This document shows, piece by piece, positions 40,633-52,700 of a stretch of DNA of 64,000 bases. The translations under genes were made by a program, and so were the position numbers. The notes beneath the pieces were generated by a model, which saw nothing but the letters and a program-made list of their open reading frames with translations, searched no databases and was not told the origin of the DNA. The number at the start of each line of letters is the position of its first letter. Within the stretch, counting starts at the first letter, position 1. This DNA is from Desulfomonilia bacterium (GTDB lineage: Bacteria > Desulfobacterota > Desulfomonilia > UBA1062): assembly GCA_050014195.1 (NCBI GenBank), contig JBEKDT010000005.1, positions 32,001 to 96,000 of the forward strand, written 5' to 3'.

Positions 40633-40701
40633 GGTGACCATTTACAACGGCCGTCTAAGGCATCATGTTCAGGGAACGACCGGGAGCAACAGAAGGAAGT
40701 G

Positions 40702-40905
40702 TCAATGAATGGTGTCCTCGTTCGGCCCCAGCATTTTGATGAAGGTGCTCAGGAGGTTGTGGTCAAATTCGGTGAAGGCATCCTTCTTGATGATATCGAT
40801 GGCTTCGAACGGCCTCATGGCTTTCTTGTAAGGCCGGGCGGACGTCAGGGCATCAAAGATATCCGCAACAGCGCAGATCCGGGCACACGGGTGGATATCT
40901 TTCAT
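40702..40905 (-). pseudogene. C-terminal fragment of an HD-GYP domain
   Basis: IHPCARICAVADIFDALTSARPYK...FD is present; the HD and GYP motifs are missing. Confidence 0.75.
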
Positions 40906-40911
40906 ACCGGC

Positions 40912-42069
40912 CTATGGCCTGCTCAACCACTCATTGATGTGCTTGAGCCTTTCAGGCCAGGTGCCTGCGATGCGCTCCTGCAGGAAGGCGCAGAAGACAC
41001 TGTCAAAGAGCTGGAGGCCTGTTTCCAGAAGGCTCATACGCTCGTAGAACACGGCTATGCGTTCCTGGTCAGGGTCGGTGATCTCATCTCGTTCTATCTG
41101 GACCACCGGGCAGGCAAAAGAACCAAGGGCAAAGATATCGGCCTTCAATGAGACCTTCCAGGTACGCGGCTCCTTTTCCAGATAGATAAGGGCCTCTGTG
41201 ATGTTCTTGCCATCGCGGATGGCCCCCCTGGCCTCGGCGAATTCCCTCTGGACCCCGGTAATGGAACTCTTCCTCTTACCCTGCTCGTGCTCGGCCACCA
41301 GTACGAACTTGTCATGGAGATAGGCCATGAAACCCTCGCCCGTCTCCAGGGTGCCCTTCTGGTTGACCTGATATACCGAGCCGCTGCTGCTCGTCCGATG
41401 CATGAGCCACAGCAGAAAGTCCCATCCTACCCACCGGTTGCGCTTGATCTGTAGGAGGACATCCTTCGATGGCGCCTGGTCCGCCTTTTCAAGAAGACGG
41501 TGACTGCCCTCATCCAGCACCCGATAGGCCCTGCTCATGGGGTGTATCGGTTCCAAGGTCAGACCTGTGAAGGTCCTGGAAAAGGTGTCTTCCACCATGT
41601 CCAGCACCCGATCGCTGATGTTGGCGACCGTAAGTATGCCCGTATCCGCATTCCAGACCACATCATAGGTCATTGGTACGGGCAGGGTCTTGGAAAGAAG
41701 TGATGCATGGAGGTTCTCCCTGATTTCCGCCTTGCGCTTATATGGCATGCGCGATATGGCGGGCCGATCCGACAGCCATCTGGAACACTCCTTGTCCACG
41801 AAGTTCTTGAGCACCGCTGTCGGGACCTTGCGCTGGTCCCGTCGCAAGGTAAAGGCATAGTAGGGGTCACGCCGGAATACATTCTCATTGTCGAAATCGG
41901 CACTTGTGTGATCATCGAGGTTCACCCAGCCGAGGCCCTCCTCATCGGCGGTTGCATCGATGGGCATGAACTGGTTTTTGGCCAGGCATTCACGCACCCA
42001 GGACGCGTCTTTAGGCTCTCCGATGACCTTGTACTGATAGATGCTCACGGTGTTCGACATGATCCCCAT
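40912..42069 (-). CDS. RdgC-like recombination-associated protein, two-domain form
   Basis: F.PID..ADE..GWV, LRRDQRKVP and FLLWL patterns recalled from deltaproteobacterial RdgC-like proteins; GGAGG RBS. Confidence 0.7.
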   Translation of the reverse strand: MGIMSNTVSIYQYKVIGEPKDASWVRECLAKNQFMPIDATADEEGLGWVNLDDHTSADFDNENVFRRDPYYAFTLRRDQRKVPTAVLKNFVDKECSRWLSDRPAISRMPYKRKAEIRENLHASLLSKTLPVPMTYDVVWNADTGILTVANISDRVLDMVEDTFSRTFTGLTLEPIHPMSRAYRVLDEGSHRLLEKADQAPSKDVLLQIKRNRWVGWDFLLWLMHRTSSSGSVYQVNQKGTLETGEGFMAYLHDKFVLVAEHEQGKRKSSITGVQREFAEARGAIRDGKNITEALIYLEKEPRTWKVSLKADIFALGSFACPVVQIERDEITDPDQERIAVFYERMSLLETGLQLFDSVFCAFLQERIAGTWPERLKHINEWLSRP

Positions 42070-42147
42070 ATACTTGCCTCCTTTCATCCAAAGGTCACCC
42101 CATATACGAAAGACCCATGAAAGGGCAAGCCTGGAAAAAATCCTTGA

Positions 42148-43521
42148 TCAGAAAAATCGTTTTACGAGCGGGAACTTGAAACGGTAGGGGGCATACCGCA
42201 AGGGAATATCGAATCGCATGGTGTTTTTTACAATGCTCTTCACATGGCTAAAGGTCTCGAAGCTGGTCCGGCCGTGGTACTTACCCATGCCGCTGTCCCC
42301 CACGCCGCCAAAGGGCAGGTAATGCGATGCAAAATGGACAATAGTGTCATTGATGCACATCCCGCCTGATGATGTACCTGATATGACACGATCCTGCTTC
42401 ACCTTGTCCCTGGTGAAAATATAGAGTGAAAGGGGCTTGGGCCGGTCATTCACGAAGTTGATGGCTTCATCAAGATCGGTATAAGAGATGACAGGCAGGA
42501 TGGGGCCGAATATCTCCTCGGTCATGATGGGGGCTTCCAGTGCGACATTGTCCATGACGGTCGGTGCGATGAATCTCTCATCCGGTTTGGTCCGGCCCCC
42601 GATCACGATATCTCCCTGGCTGAGATATGAACAAAGACGGTTGAAATGATTGCTGTTGATGATCCGGGCGTAGTCAGGGCTCAAGGATGGATCAGCGCCG
42701 TAAAATCTTCGTATCTGCTCCTTCAATGTTGCAAGAAATGCATCCTTGATTCCGGCATCCACCAAGAGATAATCCGGTGCTATACAGGTCTGGCCGGCAT
42801 TAAAAAATTTCCCCCACGCAATCCTTCGTGCAGCGTACTCCAAGTGGACATCTGCATCCACAATGCAAGGGGACTTCCCCCCGAGTTCGAGTGTCACAGG
42901 GGTGAGATGGTGCGATGCAGCCTCCATCACGATCTTGCCGACCCGTGTGCTTCCCGTATAGAAGATGTAATCAAAACGTTGCGCAAGGAGCTCTTGGGCT
43001 GTCTCCGGTCCTCCCGTGGCCACGGCAATGAAGCCTGGATGGAAGTTAGTGCTTATGATCTTTTCGATCGCTTCGGTCGTGGCCGGTGCCAACTCAGACG
43101 GCTTCACCACAGAGCAGTTCCCTGCAGCGACGGCCCCCACGAGCGGTGCTATGGCAAGCTGGAAAGGATAGTTCCATGGTGCAATGATAAGCACGACACC
43201 GAATGGCTCCTTGGCGATAGAACATAAGGACGGCAGTAACGGCCTTGCCGTCATAACCGCCTTAGGCCTTGTCCAGCAAGGAAGTTTTCGTGCGATGTAT
43301 TTTATTTCATTGAGGGTAGTGGCGATCTCGCTTGCGTAGGCCTCGAGCTTCGGCTTTCTCAAGTCGGATGCCAAGGCATCGAGGAGGAGACCCTCGTTGT
43401 CGCTGATGACACGATGGAGCTTCCCTAGTTGTTGAATCCTGAAAGAGATGTCCTTGGTTTTCCCCGAGGCAAAGAATTGCTTCTGCTTTACGATGATATC
43501 CTGAATGCTTGCATCCTGCAT
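42148..43521 (-). CDS. Aldehyde dehydrogenase (ALDH3-like)
   Basis: PWNYP, YTGS, LELGGKSP, GQTC, EEIFGP and PFGGVG motifs. Confidence 0.95.
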   Translation of the reverse strand: MQDASIQDIIVKQKQFFASGKTKDISFRIQQLGKLHRVISDNEGLLLDALASDLRKPKLEAYASEIATTLNEIKYIARKLPCWTRPKAVMTARPLLPSLCSIAKEPFGVVLIIAPWNYPFQLAIAPLVGAVAAGNCSVVKPSELAPATTEAIEKIISTNFHPGFIAVATGGPETAQELLAQRFDYIFYTGSTRVGKIVMEAASHHLTPVTLELGGKSPCIVDADVHLEYAARRIAWGKFFNAGQTCIAPDYLLVDAGIKDAFLATLKEQIRRFYGADPSLSPDYARIINSNHFNRLCSYLSQGDIVIGGRTKPDERFIAPTVMDNVALEAPIMTEEIFGPILPVISYTDLDEAINFVNDRPKPLSLYIFTRDKVKQDRVISGTSSGGMCINDTIVHFASHYLPFGGVGDSGMGKYHGRTSFETFSHVKSIVKNTMRFDIPLRYAPYRFKFPLVKRFF

Positions 43522-43629
43522 AGTATCCCCCTATTCATGTATCTATGAAAGAATAAGTAATGGCGATTCCGGAGGAAGGAAGTACCTGGGCTTTATCGAT
43601 TTACCAGAACACGTTATGGGGGCAATCTC

Positions 43630-44091
43630 ATGATGGTTTACCTGGTGCAGCACGGCAGGAGCCTCCCCAAGGAGGTGGACCCGGACAGGGATCTTACCGA
43701 CCAGGGCAGGGCCGAGGTAGAACGGGTTGCATCCAAGGCTCGCGGGATCGGGCTCAGCGTCGCACTTATCATCCACAGCGGGAAGACCAGGGCACTTAAG
43801 ACTGCAGAGATCCTTGCCTCCCGATTGACGCCCGGGAGTCAGCCGGTAATGGAGCCGGGTCTGAACCCGCATGATGACGTGGCGGCTTTTGCCGCGACAC
43901 TCCCCGCCAGGGATAACCTCATGGTGGTAGGCCACCTGCCCTTCATGGAGCGGCTCGTGTCGTATCTCATCACCGGGACGCCGGAAAAACCTGTGATCCG
44001 GTTCAGGAACGCAGGTATCGTATGTCTTGAGTACGACCGGATGGAAAATACCTGGGCCATCGAATGGGTGCTGACCCCGGAGATCGCCTGA
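43630..44091 (+). CDS. sixA: Phosphohistidine phosphatase SixA
   Basis: LVQHG, DRDLT, SGKTRALKTA and VGHLP motifs. Confidence 0.88.
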   Translation: MMVYLVQHGRSLPKEVDPDRDLTDQGRAEVERVASKARGIGLSVALIIHSGKTRALKTAEILASRLTPGSQPVMEPGLNPHDDVAAFAATLPARDNLMVVGHLPFMERLVSYLITGTPEKPVIRFRNAGIVCLEYDRMENTWAIEWVLTPEIA

Positions 44092-44096
44092 ATAGG

Positions 44097-44234
44097 ATGG
44101 AAAATCCCTCAGCACCGCATCTTCCGCAGATTTTTATCGGCACCTCGGGATGGAACTATGGCCACTGGAGAGGGGCCTTCTATCCGGAAAATCTTGCCAA
44201 GACAGATCTCATGGGCACATACAAGAAGAAGTAG
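44097..44234 (+). pseudogene. N-terminal fragment of a DUF72 family gene
   Basis: Manual translation MENPSAPHLPQIFIGTSGWNYGHWRGAFYPENLAKTDLMGTYKKK*; IGTSGWxYxxWxGxFYP is the DUF72 N-terminal signature. Confidence 0.8.
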
Positions 44235-44315
44235 AGAAACGGCATTCAATCTTCCTCCGAAACCATGACCTTGCAGGGCATTCCTTGATGCGGTCAACCC
44301 CTGCCAGGCGTATAT

Positions 44316-46811
44316 TTATCTGTCTGTCATCGCCTCCTGTATTTTCCTGGCAAAATCATTTAAACTGAAGGGTTTCTGGATAAAATGCACCCCTTCTTCC
44401 AGCACTCCGTGATGCACTATGACGTTTGAGGTATATCCGGACATGAAGAGTACCTTTATATCGGGTCGGATGATCCCGAGCTTGTCCCTGAGCTCCCTGC
44501 CGCTCATGCCCGGCATGACCACATCCGTGATCACAAGGTCGAAGCGGGCATCCTTTTCTTCGCATATGGAAAGGGCCTCCAGGGGACTCCCCACAGCCAG
44601 AACCGAATACCCTATGGTCTTAAGCATATCCGTTGTCATCTTGCGCATCAGATCGTCGTCTTCCACCAAAAGGATTTTGCCTGATCCCAAAGCCACCGGT
44701 TGTTCGAGGATCTCTTCAGAGACTTCCACTCCATCCATGCTCCTGGGAAGATAGATCTTGAAGGTGGTACCCTGCCCCTGCTCGCTGTAGACATTGATGA
44801 ATCCATTGTTCTGCTGGACGATCCCATACACGGTCGCAAGCCCGAGCCCAGTGCCCTTACCGATTTCTTTGGTGGTGAAAAAAGGTTCGAAAACATTTTG
44901 CAGGGTTTCCTTATCCATTCCCGACCCGTTATCGCTTACCGCCAGCAGTACATAGGGACCGGGTGTCGATCCGAGATGCACCCTGCAATAGTCTTCATTC
45001 ATGAGAATATTCGCCGTCTCAACAGTTAGTTTACCCCCATGGGGCATGGCGTCCCTGGCATTGACCGCCAGATTGACAAGGATCTGCTCCATCTGCGAGA
45101 GGTCGAACCTGATGCTCCAGAGGCCTTCCCCCGGATAGAAACGCAGATCTATGTCCTCACCGATGAGCCGGGCAAGGGTCTTTTGCGTGCTTGAGATGAG
45201 GTCGTTGAGATTCATGGGCCTGGGCGAGATGATCTGCTTACGGGAAAAGGCCAGGAGCTGGGCGGTGATGTCCTTGGACCTTCCGGCCGCCCTCTCAATC
45301 TCCATTAAATCGTGCAGCAAGGGATTGTCCGGTTCCAGACGGAGCTTAATCAATTCCGTATATCCGAGAATAACGCTGAGCATATTGTTAAAATCATGCG
45401 CCACCCCACCTGCAAGGCGTCCCACAGACTCCATTTTCTGTGCCTGAAGCAGTTGGGCCTCAAGCTTTGCTTTTTCATCTTCCGCCCGCTTGCGCTCGGT
45501 GATATCCCTTGCCAGGACACGGAAACCTTTGGGACGGCCTGCATGGTCTCGCAGGATTGTAGAATTCGCTTGATGGGTGCGGACAGATCCGTCCTTGCGG
45601 ATAACTTCATAATCCATCAAAAACTCGGTTTTCCCGGTCTCAAACATCGGGTGGTAAACCTCATACATATGCCGTGCCGTTTCAGGAGAGTGGTAGTTTC
45701 GATAATTCATGCCGACTAATTCATCGCGTTCATATCCCAACAGCCTGCAGCCGGCATCGTTGACAAAGGTGAATGATCCCTTGAGATCAACCTCATAATA
45801 CCCTTCTTCCATGGTATCCAATATTGTCCTGTAGCGCTCTTCACTCAGGCGAAGCGCGTCCTCGGCCTTTTTACGCTCGGTCACATCCCTCACCAAGATA
45901 CGGAAACCCTTTGGCTCTCCTGCATGGTCTCGCAGGAGTGCGGCATTCGCTTGATGGGTGCGGACAGACCCGTCCTTGCGGATAATTTCATAATCCATCA
46001 TGAACTCCGGGTTACCTGACTCAAATATCCGGTGATAAACCTCATACATATGCCGTGCCGTTTCAGGAGAGGAGTAGTTACGATAAGTCATGCCTATCAA
46101 TTCATCACGATCGTACCCCATCAGCCGGCAGCCGGCATCGTTGATAAAGGTGAGTGTACCCTTAAGATCATCCTCGAAATACCCTTCTTCCATGGTATCC
46201 AGGATGGTTCGATATCTCTCCTCGCTCTTCTTGAGAGCCTGTTCCGCTTCGATCCGCTCTGTGACATCCCTTCCCACGCCCCAGAATCCGATGGGCTCGC
46301 CCGAAGGACTGAGCATCAGGGAGATGGACATGTCAATTATCCTCCTAGACCCATCCTTTCTGATGATCACATGATCGAGACTTCGTTTCGGTCTGCCCGT
46401 GCGATAGATCTCGTTGAAGAACTGGTAAGCCCGCTTGGCCGTCTCCGGTGTGGTATAGGCCTTGTAATTCATGCCCATGAGTTCCTGGCGTGAATACCCA
46501 TGGTCCTCGCACAGGGAGTCATTGAAAAAGGTATAGTTGCCTTTCAGGTCAATCTCGAAGTATGATTCCTGCATACTTTCAAGGATAGTGCGGTACTTCT
46601 TCTCGCTCTCACGGATAGTTTCTTCGGCTTGTTTGCGCTTGGTGAAATCGCAGCCAATGGTATTCATCATCTTGTTAAGCGCATCTGCCAGAGCATCTAT
46701 CTCATCATTCTTATCCGTTAACTCAAGCCGGAGCGAACAATCTCCTGTGGCAGCCCTCATGACTGCGTCAGTCATTGTTCTTATGCGTTCCTTTTTTGAT
46801 TTCCCGGCCAT
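44316..46811 (-). CDS. Hybrid histidine kinase: HAMP-like, 3 PAS, HisKA, HATPase, REC
   Basis: [17 protein letters not shown]-like segment; three PAS units; AHDFNN; REC. Frame open from 46871. Confidence 0.93.
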   Translation of the reverse strand: MAGKSKKERIRTMTDAVMRAATGDCSLRLELTDKNDEIDALADALNKMMNTIGCDFTKRKQAEETIRESEKKYRTILESMQESYFEIDLKGNYTFFNDSLCEDHGYSRQELMGMNYKAYTTPETAKRAYQFFNEIYRTGRPKRSLDHVIIRKDGSRRIIDMSISLMLSPSGEPIGFWGVGRDVTERIEAEQALKKSEERYRTILDTMEEGYFEDDLKGTLTFINDAGCRLMGYDRDELIGMTYRNYSSPETARHMYEVYHRIFESGNPEFMMDYEIIRKDGSVRTHQANAALLRDHAGEPKGFRILVRDVTERKKAEDALRLSEERYRTILDTMEEGYYEVDLKGSFTFVNDAGCRLLGYERDELVGMNYRNYHSPETARHMYEVYHPMFETGKTEFLMDYEVIRKDGSVRTHQANSTILRDHAGRPKGFRVLARDITERKRAEDEKAKLEAQLLQAQKMESVGRLAGGVAHDFNNMLSVILGYTELIKLRLEPDNPLLHDLMEIERAAGRSKDITAQLLAFSRKQIISPRPMNLNDLISSTQKTLARLIGEDIDLRFYPGEGLWSIRFDLSQMEQILVNLAVNARDAMPHGGKLTVETANILMNEDYCRVHLGSTPGPYVLLAVSDNGSGMDKETLQNVFEPFFTTKEIGKGTGLGLATVYGIVQQNNGFINVYSEQGQGTTFKIYLPRSMDGVEVSEEILEQPVALGSGKILLVEDDDLMRKMTTDMLKTIGYSVLAVGSPLEALSICEEKDARFDLVITDVVMPGMSGRELRDKLGIIRPDIKVLFMSGYTSNVIVHHGVLEEGVHFIQKPFSLNDFARKIQEAMTDR
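45495..46225 (-). repeat. Tandem PAS duplication, period 381 bp
   Basis: Long identical runs in both copies, e.g. attcgcttgatgggtgcggacaga and taaacctcatacatatgccgtgccgtttcaggaga. Confidence 0.9.
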
Positions 46812-47042
46812 ATGTATTGGAACCTTTAATCCTTTCTCGTTAAAATATAAGCCACCATGCCTCAAAATCAATCATGGCCTGGAAACACATGTTCTTGAGG
46901 CGCTCAAAGGGAATTATTATTTTAGTAAATAATACTACATTTCCATCCATGTCACCTTCCCATTTTTGAAAATCCCCCTGCCGCATACACGGCCTTTGTG
47001 ATAACAATGACCTTACTGTGTAGAGCCCGGCGAGGTAAGGGC

Positions 47043-47969
47043 ATGCATAAACCGGCATATAGAGTGCTCCATGCCAAGGGGCTTCTTAGGGACAGGGCGG
47101 CAAAGGGCTTAGCGCTTCTTGAGAATTGCAAATCGTGCCCACGCTCATGCGGGGTTAACCGGCTCCAAGGTGAGATGGGCTTCTGCAAGACTCTCAGGCT
47201 TGCAAAGGTGGCGAGCTTCGGCCCGCACTTCGGCGAAGAGGCACCGCTGGTAGGCACACATGGATCAGGCACTATCTTTTTCAGCTCGTGCAACCTGCTC
47301 TGCTCATTCTGCCAGAACCATGACATCAGCCACTTGCGCGAAGGTGATGAGGTAAATGCTCCGGAGCTCGCCGGCATGATGCTGGACCTTCAGGACAGCG
47401 GATGCCACAATATAAACTTCGTAACGCCATCACACGTGGTCCCCCAGATCCTGGAGGCCCTTGTCCTTGCTGCAGATGCAGGGCTTAACCTACCGCTGGT
47501 CTACAACACCGGCGGCTATGATGCCCTGGAGACCATCAGGCTGCTGGACGGCGTGTTCGACATCTATATGCCCGACTTCAAGTTCTGGGAAGAAGAGCCT
47601 GCAAAAACATTCTGCGCAGCACCGGATTATCGGCAGTTTGCTATTGCTGCCTTCAAAGAGATGCATGACCAGGTGGGGGACCTTGTCTTAGATGAACACG
47701 TCATCGCCCAAAGAGGTCTGCTCGTGCGGCACTTGGTTATGCCGGTCGGCCTAGCAGGTACGGAAGAGGTCATGCGATTTCTCGCCCAAGAGATCTCGAT
47801 GAACACCTATGTGAACATCATGGACCAGTATCACCCCTGCTACAAGGCTGAATCAGATCCGAGAATAGATAGGAAGATCACGGCTGCCGAATACGAGGAT
47901 GCCTTGGAATCAGCACTGAGGGGCGGGATACACAGAATCGATTCTCGATCAAGGTTCAAATTGATTTAA
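47043..47969 (+). CDS. Radical SAM protein (PflX-like)
   Basis: CxxCPRxC N-terminus; HFGEE, CNLLCSFCQN and LVRHLVMP motifs. Confidence 0.9.
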   Translation: MHKPAYRVLHAKGLLRDRAAKGLALLENCKSCPRSCGVNRLQGEMGFCKTLRLAKVASFGPHFGEEAPLVGTHGSGTIFFSSCNLLCSFCQNHDISHLREGDEVNAPELAGMMLDLQDSGCHNINFVTPSHVVPQILEALVLAADAGLNLPLVYNTGGYDALETIRLLDGVFDIYMPDFKFWEEEPAKTFCAAPDYRQFAIAAFKEMHDQVGDLVLDEHVIAQRGLLVRHLVMPVGLAGTEEVMRFLAQEISMNTYVNIMDQYHPCYKAESDPRIDRKITAAEYEDALESALRGGIHRIDSRSRFKLI

Positions 47970-47984
47970 ATGATGATAAGGGAT

Positions 47985-48377
47985 TTAGATCAAGTTAAGT
48001 TCCCGGAGTTTATTGAGGAGCTTCTGTTTATCGACTGGCTTGAGAAGATACCAGTCGGCCCCTGCCTTCATGGCATTTTTTATATCATCCGACTCGGATA
48101 AAGACGAAGTCATTGTTATGTAAACCTTATTCATCTGCTTCACCCCCATTTGTGTTTCCATCTCGCGGATCTTTCTTACCGCCTCATGTCCATCCATGTT
48201 GGGCATCATGATATCCATGCAGATGAGGTCATACGGCTTGTTTTCTTCCCATGCCATTTGAAAGGCCTGGACGGCCTCGTTCCCATCTATCACCACATGA
48301 CATGTTCCATATGGTGAGAAGATCTGTTGAAAGAGCATGCGGCTGGTAAAATCATCATCGGCGATGAGCATCTTCAT
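47985..48377 (-). CDS. CheY-like response regulator
   Basis: ADDD, MDIMMP and KP motifs. Confidence 0.92.
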   Translation of the reverse strand: MKMLIADDDFTSRMLFQQIFSPYGTCHVVIDGNEAVQAFQMAWEENKPYDLICMDIMMPNMDGHEAVRKIREMETQMGVKQMNKVYITMTSSLSESDDIKNAMKAGADWYLLKPVDKQKLLNKLRELNLI

Positions 48378-48390
48378 GTCTTATCTCCCG

Positions 48391-48783
48391 TTAAGAAACC
48401 CCAAACTGCTTTAGGATGTCATCCAATCTAGCCCTGTCGACAGGTTTGTCCAGATAAGCATCACAGAGTTCGTGCAGCGATGCAAAGGCATTATCTTCAT
48501 CCATGAGGCCTGTGGTGACGATGATCTTTACCCTGTCGGCAATGGAAATACCTTGTGCCTCTTCCGCACTGCGGATCTCCTTGAGCACCTCCTGGCCGTC
48601 CATTTCGGGCATCAGGTAGTCTAGACATATGAGGTTGAAGGGACTGCCCTGCGCTAAGGCCGTGCTAAATGCCTCAAGGGCCTCCCTGCCGTCTTCGGCA
48701 ATATGGCACTGCCCATAGGGGCTGAGCATCTTCTGAAGCAGGACGCGGCTGGTGAAATCATCTTCTGCAATGAGGATCTTCAT
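48391..48783 (-). CDS. CheY-like response regulator
   Basis: AEDD, LDYLMP and KP motifs; similar to the adjacent gene. Confidence 0.92.
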   Translation of the reverse strand: MKILIAEDDFTSRVLLQKMLSPYGQCHIAEDGREALEAFSTALAQGSPFNLICLDYLMPEMDGQEVLKEIRSAEEAQGISIADRVKIIVTTGLMDEDNAFASLHELCDAYLDKPVDRARLDDILKQFGVS

Positions 48784-48807
48784 CTCCTTCTCCTTTTTTA
48801 CAAATCG

Positions 48808-51800
48808 TTATGCCCATCCAGTCCGTTTCAGGGTTTCTCTCAAGACCTCGAACTGCTCTTCAATCCCGGGCATGAGTACGGCCGCCCGCTCAAGGTCTCC
48901 TCCTTTCCCTGCCTTCTCCATCTCAAGGGCCGCATCTCGGAGATTATTGCAGCTTACATTGGCTGCAGCCCCTTTGATAGTATGCGCCTGCCGCTGCACG
49001 GAAGGGACATCACCATGAGCCAGATAGTCTTTTAATGCAAGGATCTGTTTGTGGATATCATTCAGGAACCCGACAACGATGGACTTGGCCAGTTCCTCGT
49101 CCCCCATGAGCCTCTTAAGGAGATCCTCGGCGTTGAATATGTCTTTTTGCCCATTGCCATCAGTTGTCTCCCCCTGAACTTTAGTGGCATGTACCTCTCC
49201 TGTCTCTTTTTCCAAAGGATTCTTGCCCAGCCATTTTATCAGCATATCTGAGAGTTCCCTCGGCTGGACAGGTTTTGCCAGGTAATCGTTCATACCTGCA
49301 TTGAGACATTTCTCCCGATCCCCCTCCATGGCATTGGCCGTCATGGCAATAATGGGGACAACCTTGTTGATAACACCCGTTTCAGGATTCCGTATCCGCT
49401 GTGAGGCTTCATAGCCGTCCATCTCGGGCATCTGACAATCCATCAGGACAAGGTCATAGGGGATGCCCTGCAAGGCCTTGACGGCCTCCTTGCCGTTGGC
49501 CACTGCATCGGCCCTGTAGCCTATCTTTTTTAGAATGGATAGGGCCACTACTTGGTTGGTCGGATTGTCATCGGCCAGGAGGATGCGGATACGCGCCTTC
49601 TGTGCCTCTGTAATGGTATGCCGGGTGACCAGACCCTCTGCCGAGCCCTTGACCTTGTTCACCCTCCGGCCAAGAACCAGCTCAAGACATTCATGAAGCT
49701 GAGACTGGCGGATGGGCTTGGACAGGTATCCTGAAAAACCGATCTGTTCCAGTCTGGCCGCATCACCCCGCTGCCCCAGCGATGTCATCATGATCAAAAG
49801 CGTTGAGCTCACATCCGGGGCTTCCTTGATCCGCCGGCCGAGCTCCTCCCCGTTCATGCCGGGCATGGCAGGATCAAGAACGGCAACCAAGAAGGGATCG
49901 CCGCCGTGAGCTGAAGCACGAAGCTTGGAGAGGGCTTCTTCCCCATCGGCGGCCTCATCATATCTTAATCCCCACGATTTGAGGAGTGTGGCCATCAACA
50001 GCAGGTTCGTCTCATGGCTATCCACCACGAGCACCTTGACCCCGGAAAGATCTGCAAAATGCATGGCAGGCGGGGCGCTACCTTCCGGCTGTTTTTCAAA
50101 CACGGAGGTGAACCAGAAGGTGGAACCTTTGCCTTCTTTGCTTTCCACACCGATCCGGCCTCCCATCAGCTCAGCGAGTTGTTTTGAAATCGCCAGGCCC
50201 AGGCCGGTGCCCCCATATCTGCGGGTGGTGGAGTTATCCGCCTGGACAAAGGGCGAGAAGAGCTGCCCGATGCGGTCTTTGGAGATGCCTACGCCTTTGT
50301 CGGTCACCGTGAAGAGGACCGTGGCCGTATGCTCGTCTTGTGATTCCAGCATCGCCCGGATGGAGACCTCCCCTTCTGAGGTGAATTTCACCGCATTACC
50401 CGACAGGTTGATGAGGACCTGGCGCAGACGCCCCGGGTCGCCCCGGAGCCAGGAAGGCACGTCCGGATCGACCAGACAGCATATTTCCAGTCCTTTTTCC
50501 TCCGCCCTTATTGCCAGCAATTCGGCAGTGTCTTCCATAACCGTGCGCAGATCAAAGTCAAGTTTTTCCAGCACCATCTTGTGCGCCTCGATCTTGGAGA
50601 AGTCCAGGATTTCATTGATGATGGATAAAAGGGCTTCACCACTCGATCTCACGATTTGGGCATACTTGCGCTGCTCGGAGGTAAGCTCGGTATCCAGGAG
50701 GAGGCCGGTCATGCCGATCACGCCGTTCATGGGCGTCCGGATCTCATGGCTCATGTTGGCCAGGAATACACCCTTGGCGGTGTTGGCAAGTTCTGCCTGG
50801 ACGGCCAGTTCGATACATTGCATGTTGGTCTGCTCCAGCAGGAGGTTTGTTTCTTCCAGCTTCTTCTTCGACTGGAACAGTTCATCCTCTGCCTGCTTTT
50901 TTTCAGTGATATCCCGTGCGACGACGCGGAACCCCGTAACCGTCTCACCGTCAAAAATGAGACTCACGTCCTGCCATAGCCAGATCCTCCGGCCTTCCCT
51001 GGTGATGGCCGGGGTCTCATAATAGCTGGTCGGGATCTTCTTCACAAACTGCCGGCCGAACAACCTGGAGTGCTCTTTGTGGTATTCCGGAGGGAGGAAT
51101 TCCAAGTAGTGTTTACCGATGATTTCGTCTAAGGTGTGTCCGAAGAACTTAGCCGCAGCGGGATTATGGAACCGGATGTACCCGGATGCATCGGTCTCGT
51201 AAATCAAGTCGCTGGCGTTTTCTACGAGTCGGCGGTAGCGTTCCTCGCTGAGTCTCAGGAGTTCTTCCGAACGCTTGCGTTCGGTGATGTCCTCCTTCAC
51301 ACCCAGATAGCTCGTGATCGTACCGTTTCCATCAATGACCGGCGAGATGGATGCATGCTCCCAGTACAGCTCGCCGTTCTTCTTGCGATTGTACAACTCT
51401 CCTGTCCATGTATTGCCTGCGGTTATCGTCCGCCAGAGCTCCTGGTAGACCTCTGGCGGCATCTTATCCGATTTGAGGATGCGGGGGTTTTTCCCAAAAG
51501 CCTCTTCCCGAGAATACCCGGTGACTTCCTCGAATTTGGGATTGACATATTCAATACTGCCCTGGGTGTCGGTGATAACGATGGAGGCAGGGCTCTGCTC
51601 GATGGCCCTCATGAGCTTCCGCAACTCCTGATCGGCCCGCCGGCGTTCCGTGATGTCTATATTGGTCCCCTCTATATAGGACAGCCTCCCGTCGCCGCCT
51701 TTTACGGCCCGGGCATTTATCAAAATCCAGAACAACGACCCGTCCTTCCGTCTGACCTGAACCTCATAATCCTTGACAACGCCTCTCTCGATTAGTTGTA

Positions 51801-52368
51801 CGACTATTTTCTTTCCGATCGTCGGTTCAACAAACTGCTGATTGCCGATGTCGGAGACTTCAGAAATCATCTCCTCGGGAGAGGCGTATCCGAACATCTT
51901 GGCCAGGGCAGGATTCACACTGCTATATCGGCCTTCAAGGGTTGTCTGGAAGATTCCTTCAACTGCATTATCAAAGATGTCCCGGTATTTCTGCTCACTT
52001 TCACGAAGCGCTTCTTCCGCCCTCCTGCGCTCGGTAATGTCCTGGGCCGAACAGACCATGTATTCGACATTTCCCTCCGGATCCAGTTTCGGGGTTTTTG
52101 TAATGATCAGAAGACGTTTTTCCCCTCGGGCGTTGGTCATCCATTCCTCTGTGTAGGTCGAATGTTTTGCTGCAAAAGCCTTCTTGTTGGCATTGACATA
52201 ATCCCCGGCAGTACCTTCAGGAATGATCTCCCACAGGGTCATGTTTTCGATGGCTTCCTTCGGATGCCCCAGGAAAGCAGCATGGGCATCGTTCACCCTT
52301 CCATAGGTCTCTTCGTCCTTCAGATACCATACCTGGATCTCGATGGTGTCCAGAATAAAATGGGTCAT
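48808..52368 (-). CDS. Unorthodox hybrid kinase: 4 PAS, HisKA, HATPase, 2 REC, Hpt
   Basis: [12 protein letters not shown]; GGTGLGL; two REC domains; Hpt AHTIKG. Confidence 0.95.
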   Translation of the reverse strand: MTHFILDTIEIQVWYLKDEETYGRVNDAHAAFLGHPKEAIENMTLWEIIPEGTAGDYVNANKKAFAAKHSTYTEEWMTNARGEKRLLIITKTPKLDPEGNVEYMVCSAQDITERRRAEEALRESEQKYRDIFDNAVEGIFQTTLEGRYSSVNPALAKMFGYASPEEMISEVSDIGNQQFVEPTIGKKIVVQLIERGVVKDYEVQVRRKDGSLFWILINARAVKGGDGRLSYIEGTNIDITERRRADQELRKLMRAIEQSPASIVITDTQGSIEYVNPKFEEVTGYSREEAFGKNPRILKSDKMPPEVYQELWRTITAGNTWTGELYNRKKNGELYWEHASISPVIDGNGTITSYLGVKEDITERKRSEELLRLSEERYRRLVENASDLIYETDASGYIRFHNPAAAKFFGHTLDEIIGKHYLEFLPPEYHKEHSRLFGRQFVKKIPTSYYETPAITREGRRIWLWQDVSLIFDGETVTGFRVVARDITEKKQAEDELFQSKKKLEETNLLLEQTNMQCIELAVQAELANTAKGVFLANMSHEIRTPMNGVIGMTGLLLDTELTSEQRKYAQIVRSSGEALLSIINEILDFSKIEAHKMVLEKLDFDLRTVMEDTAELLAIRAEEKGLEICCLVDPDVPSWLRGDPGRLRQVLINLSGNAVKFTSEGEVSIRAMLESQDEHTATVLFTVTDKGVGISKDRIGQLFSPFVQADNSTTRRYGGTGLGLAISKQLAELMGGRIGVESKEGKGSTFWFTSVFEKQPEGSAPPAMHFADLSGVKVLVVDSHETNLLLMATLLKSWGLRYDEAADGEEALSKLRASAHGGDPFLVAVLDPAMPGMNGEELGRRIKEAPDVSSTLLIMMTSLGQRGDAARLEQIGFSGYLSKPIRQSQLHECLELVLGRRVNKVKGSAEGLVTRHTITEAQKARIRILLADDNPTNQVVALSILKKIGYRADAVANGKEAVKALQGIPYDLVLMDCQMPEMDGYEASQRIRNPETGVINKVVPIIAMTANAMEGDREKCLNAGMNDYLAKPVQPRELSDMLIKWLGKNPLEKETGEVHATKVQGETTDGNGQKDIFNAEDLLKRLMGDEELAKSIVVGFLNDIHKQILALKDYLAHGDVPSVQRQAHTIKGAAANVSCNNLRDAALEMEKAGKGGDLERAAVLMPGIEEQFEVLRETLKRTGWA

Positions 52369-52700
52369 AGCGTTATTCCTTCAATACTAAAGGATCGATG
52401 AGATGTCGTATCCTTGCAGGACTTTCTGAATATACCCTTTCTGATCCCAGGATATATGAACATGTCTTCCATCTGTTCCGATACCCGCCCGGTTTTTATG
52501 GCCCCCATCTTGTGACCTATTTCGGCATTATAGATTTTTATACTTAACGGCTTGACTTTGGCTGTCCTCGAAACGATTTTATGAATATTAAACAGAAACA
52601 ATCGATGAATGTATTCAAGAATAATCTATCCGACTCCGATTCATATCGGACAGAGAAAAAGGAATTTTGAGAGAGACTGAAAGGGCGGGATCAGGGGCCT

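Noticed and set aside
40702-42069. Amber (pyrrolysine) readthrough from the RdgC-like gene into the in-frame HD-GYP stub
   Set aside because: Being in frame has a 1-in-3 chance, the upstream protein looks complete, the stub lacks catalytic motifs, and no pyl genes are in the window.
49925-51022. Long antisense or alternate-frame ORFs (also 2575-3462, 55483-56268, 57575-58429, 59595-60662)
   Set aside because: They shadow well-supported genes on the opposite strand and show no recognisable motifs.
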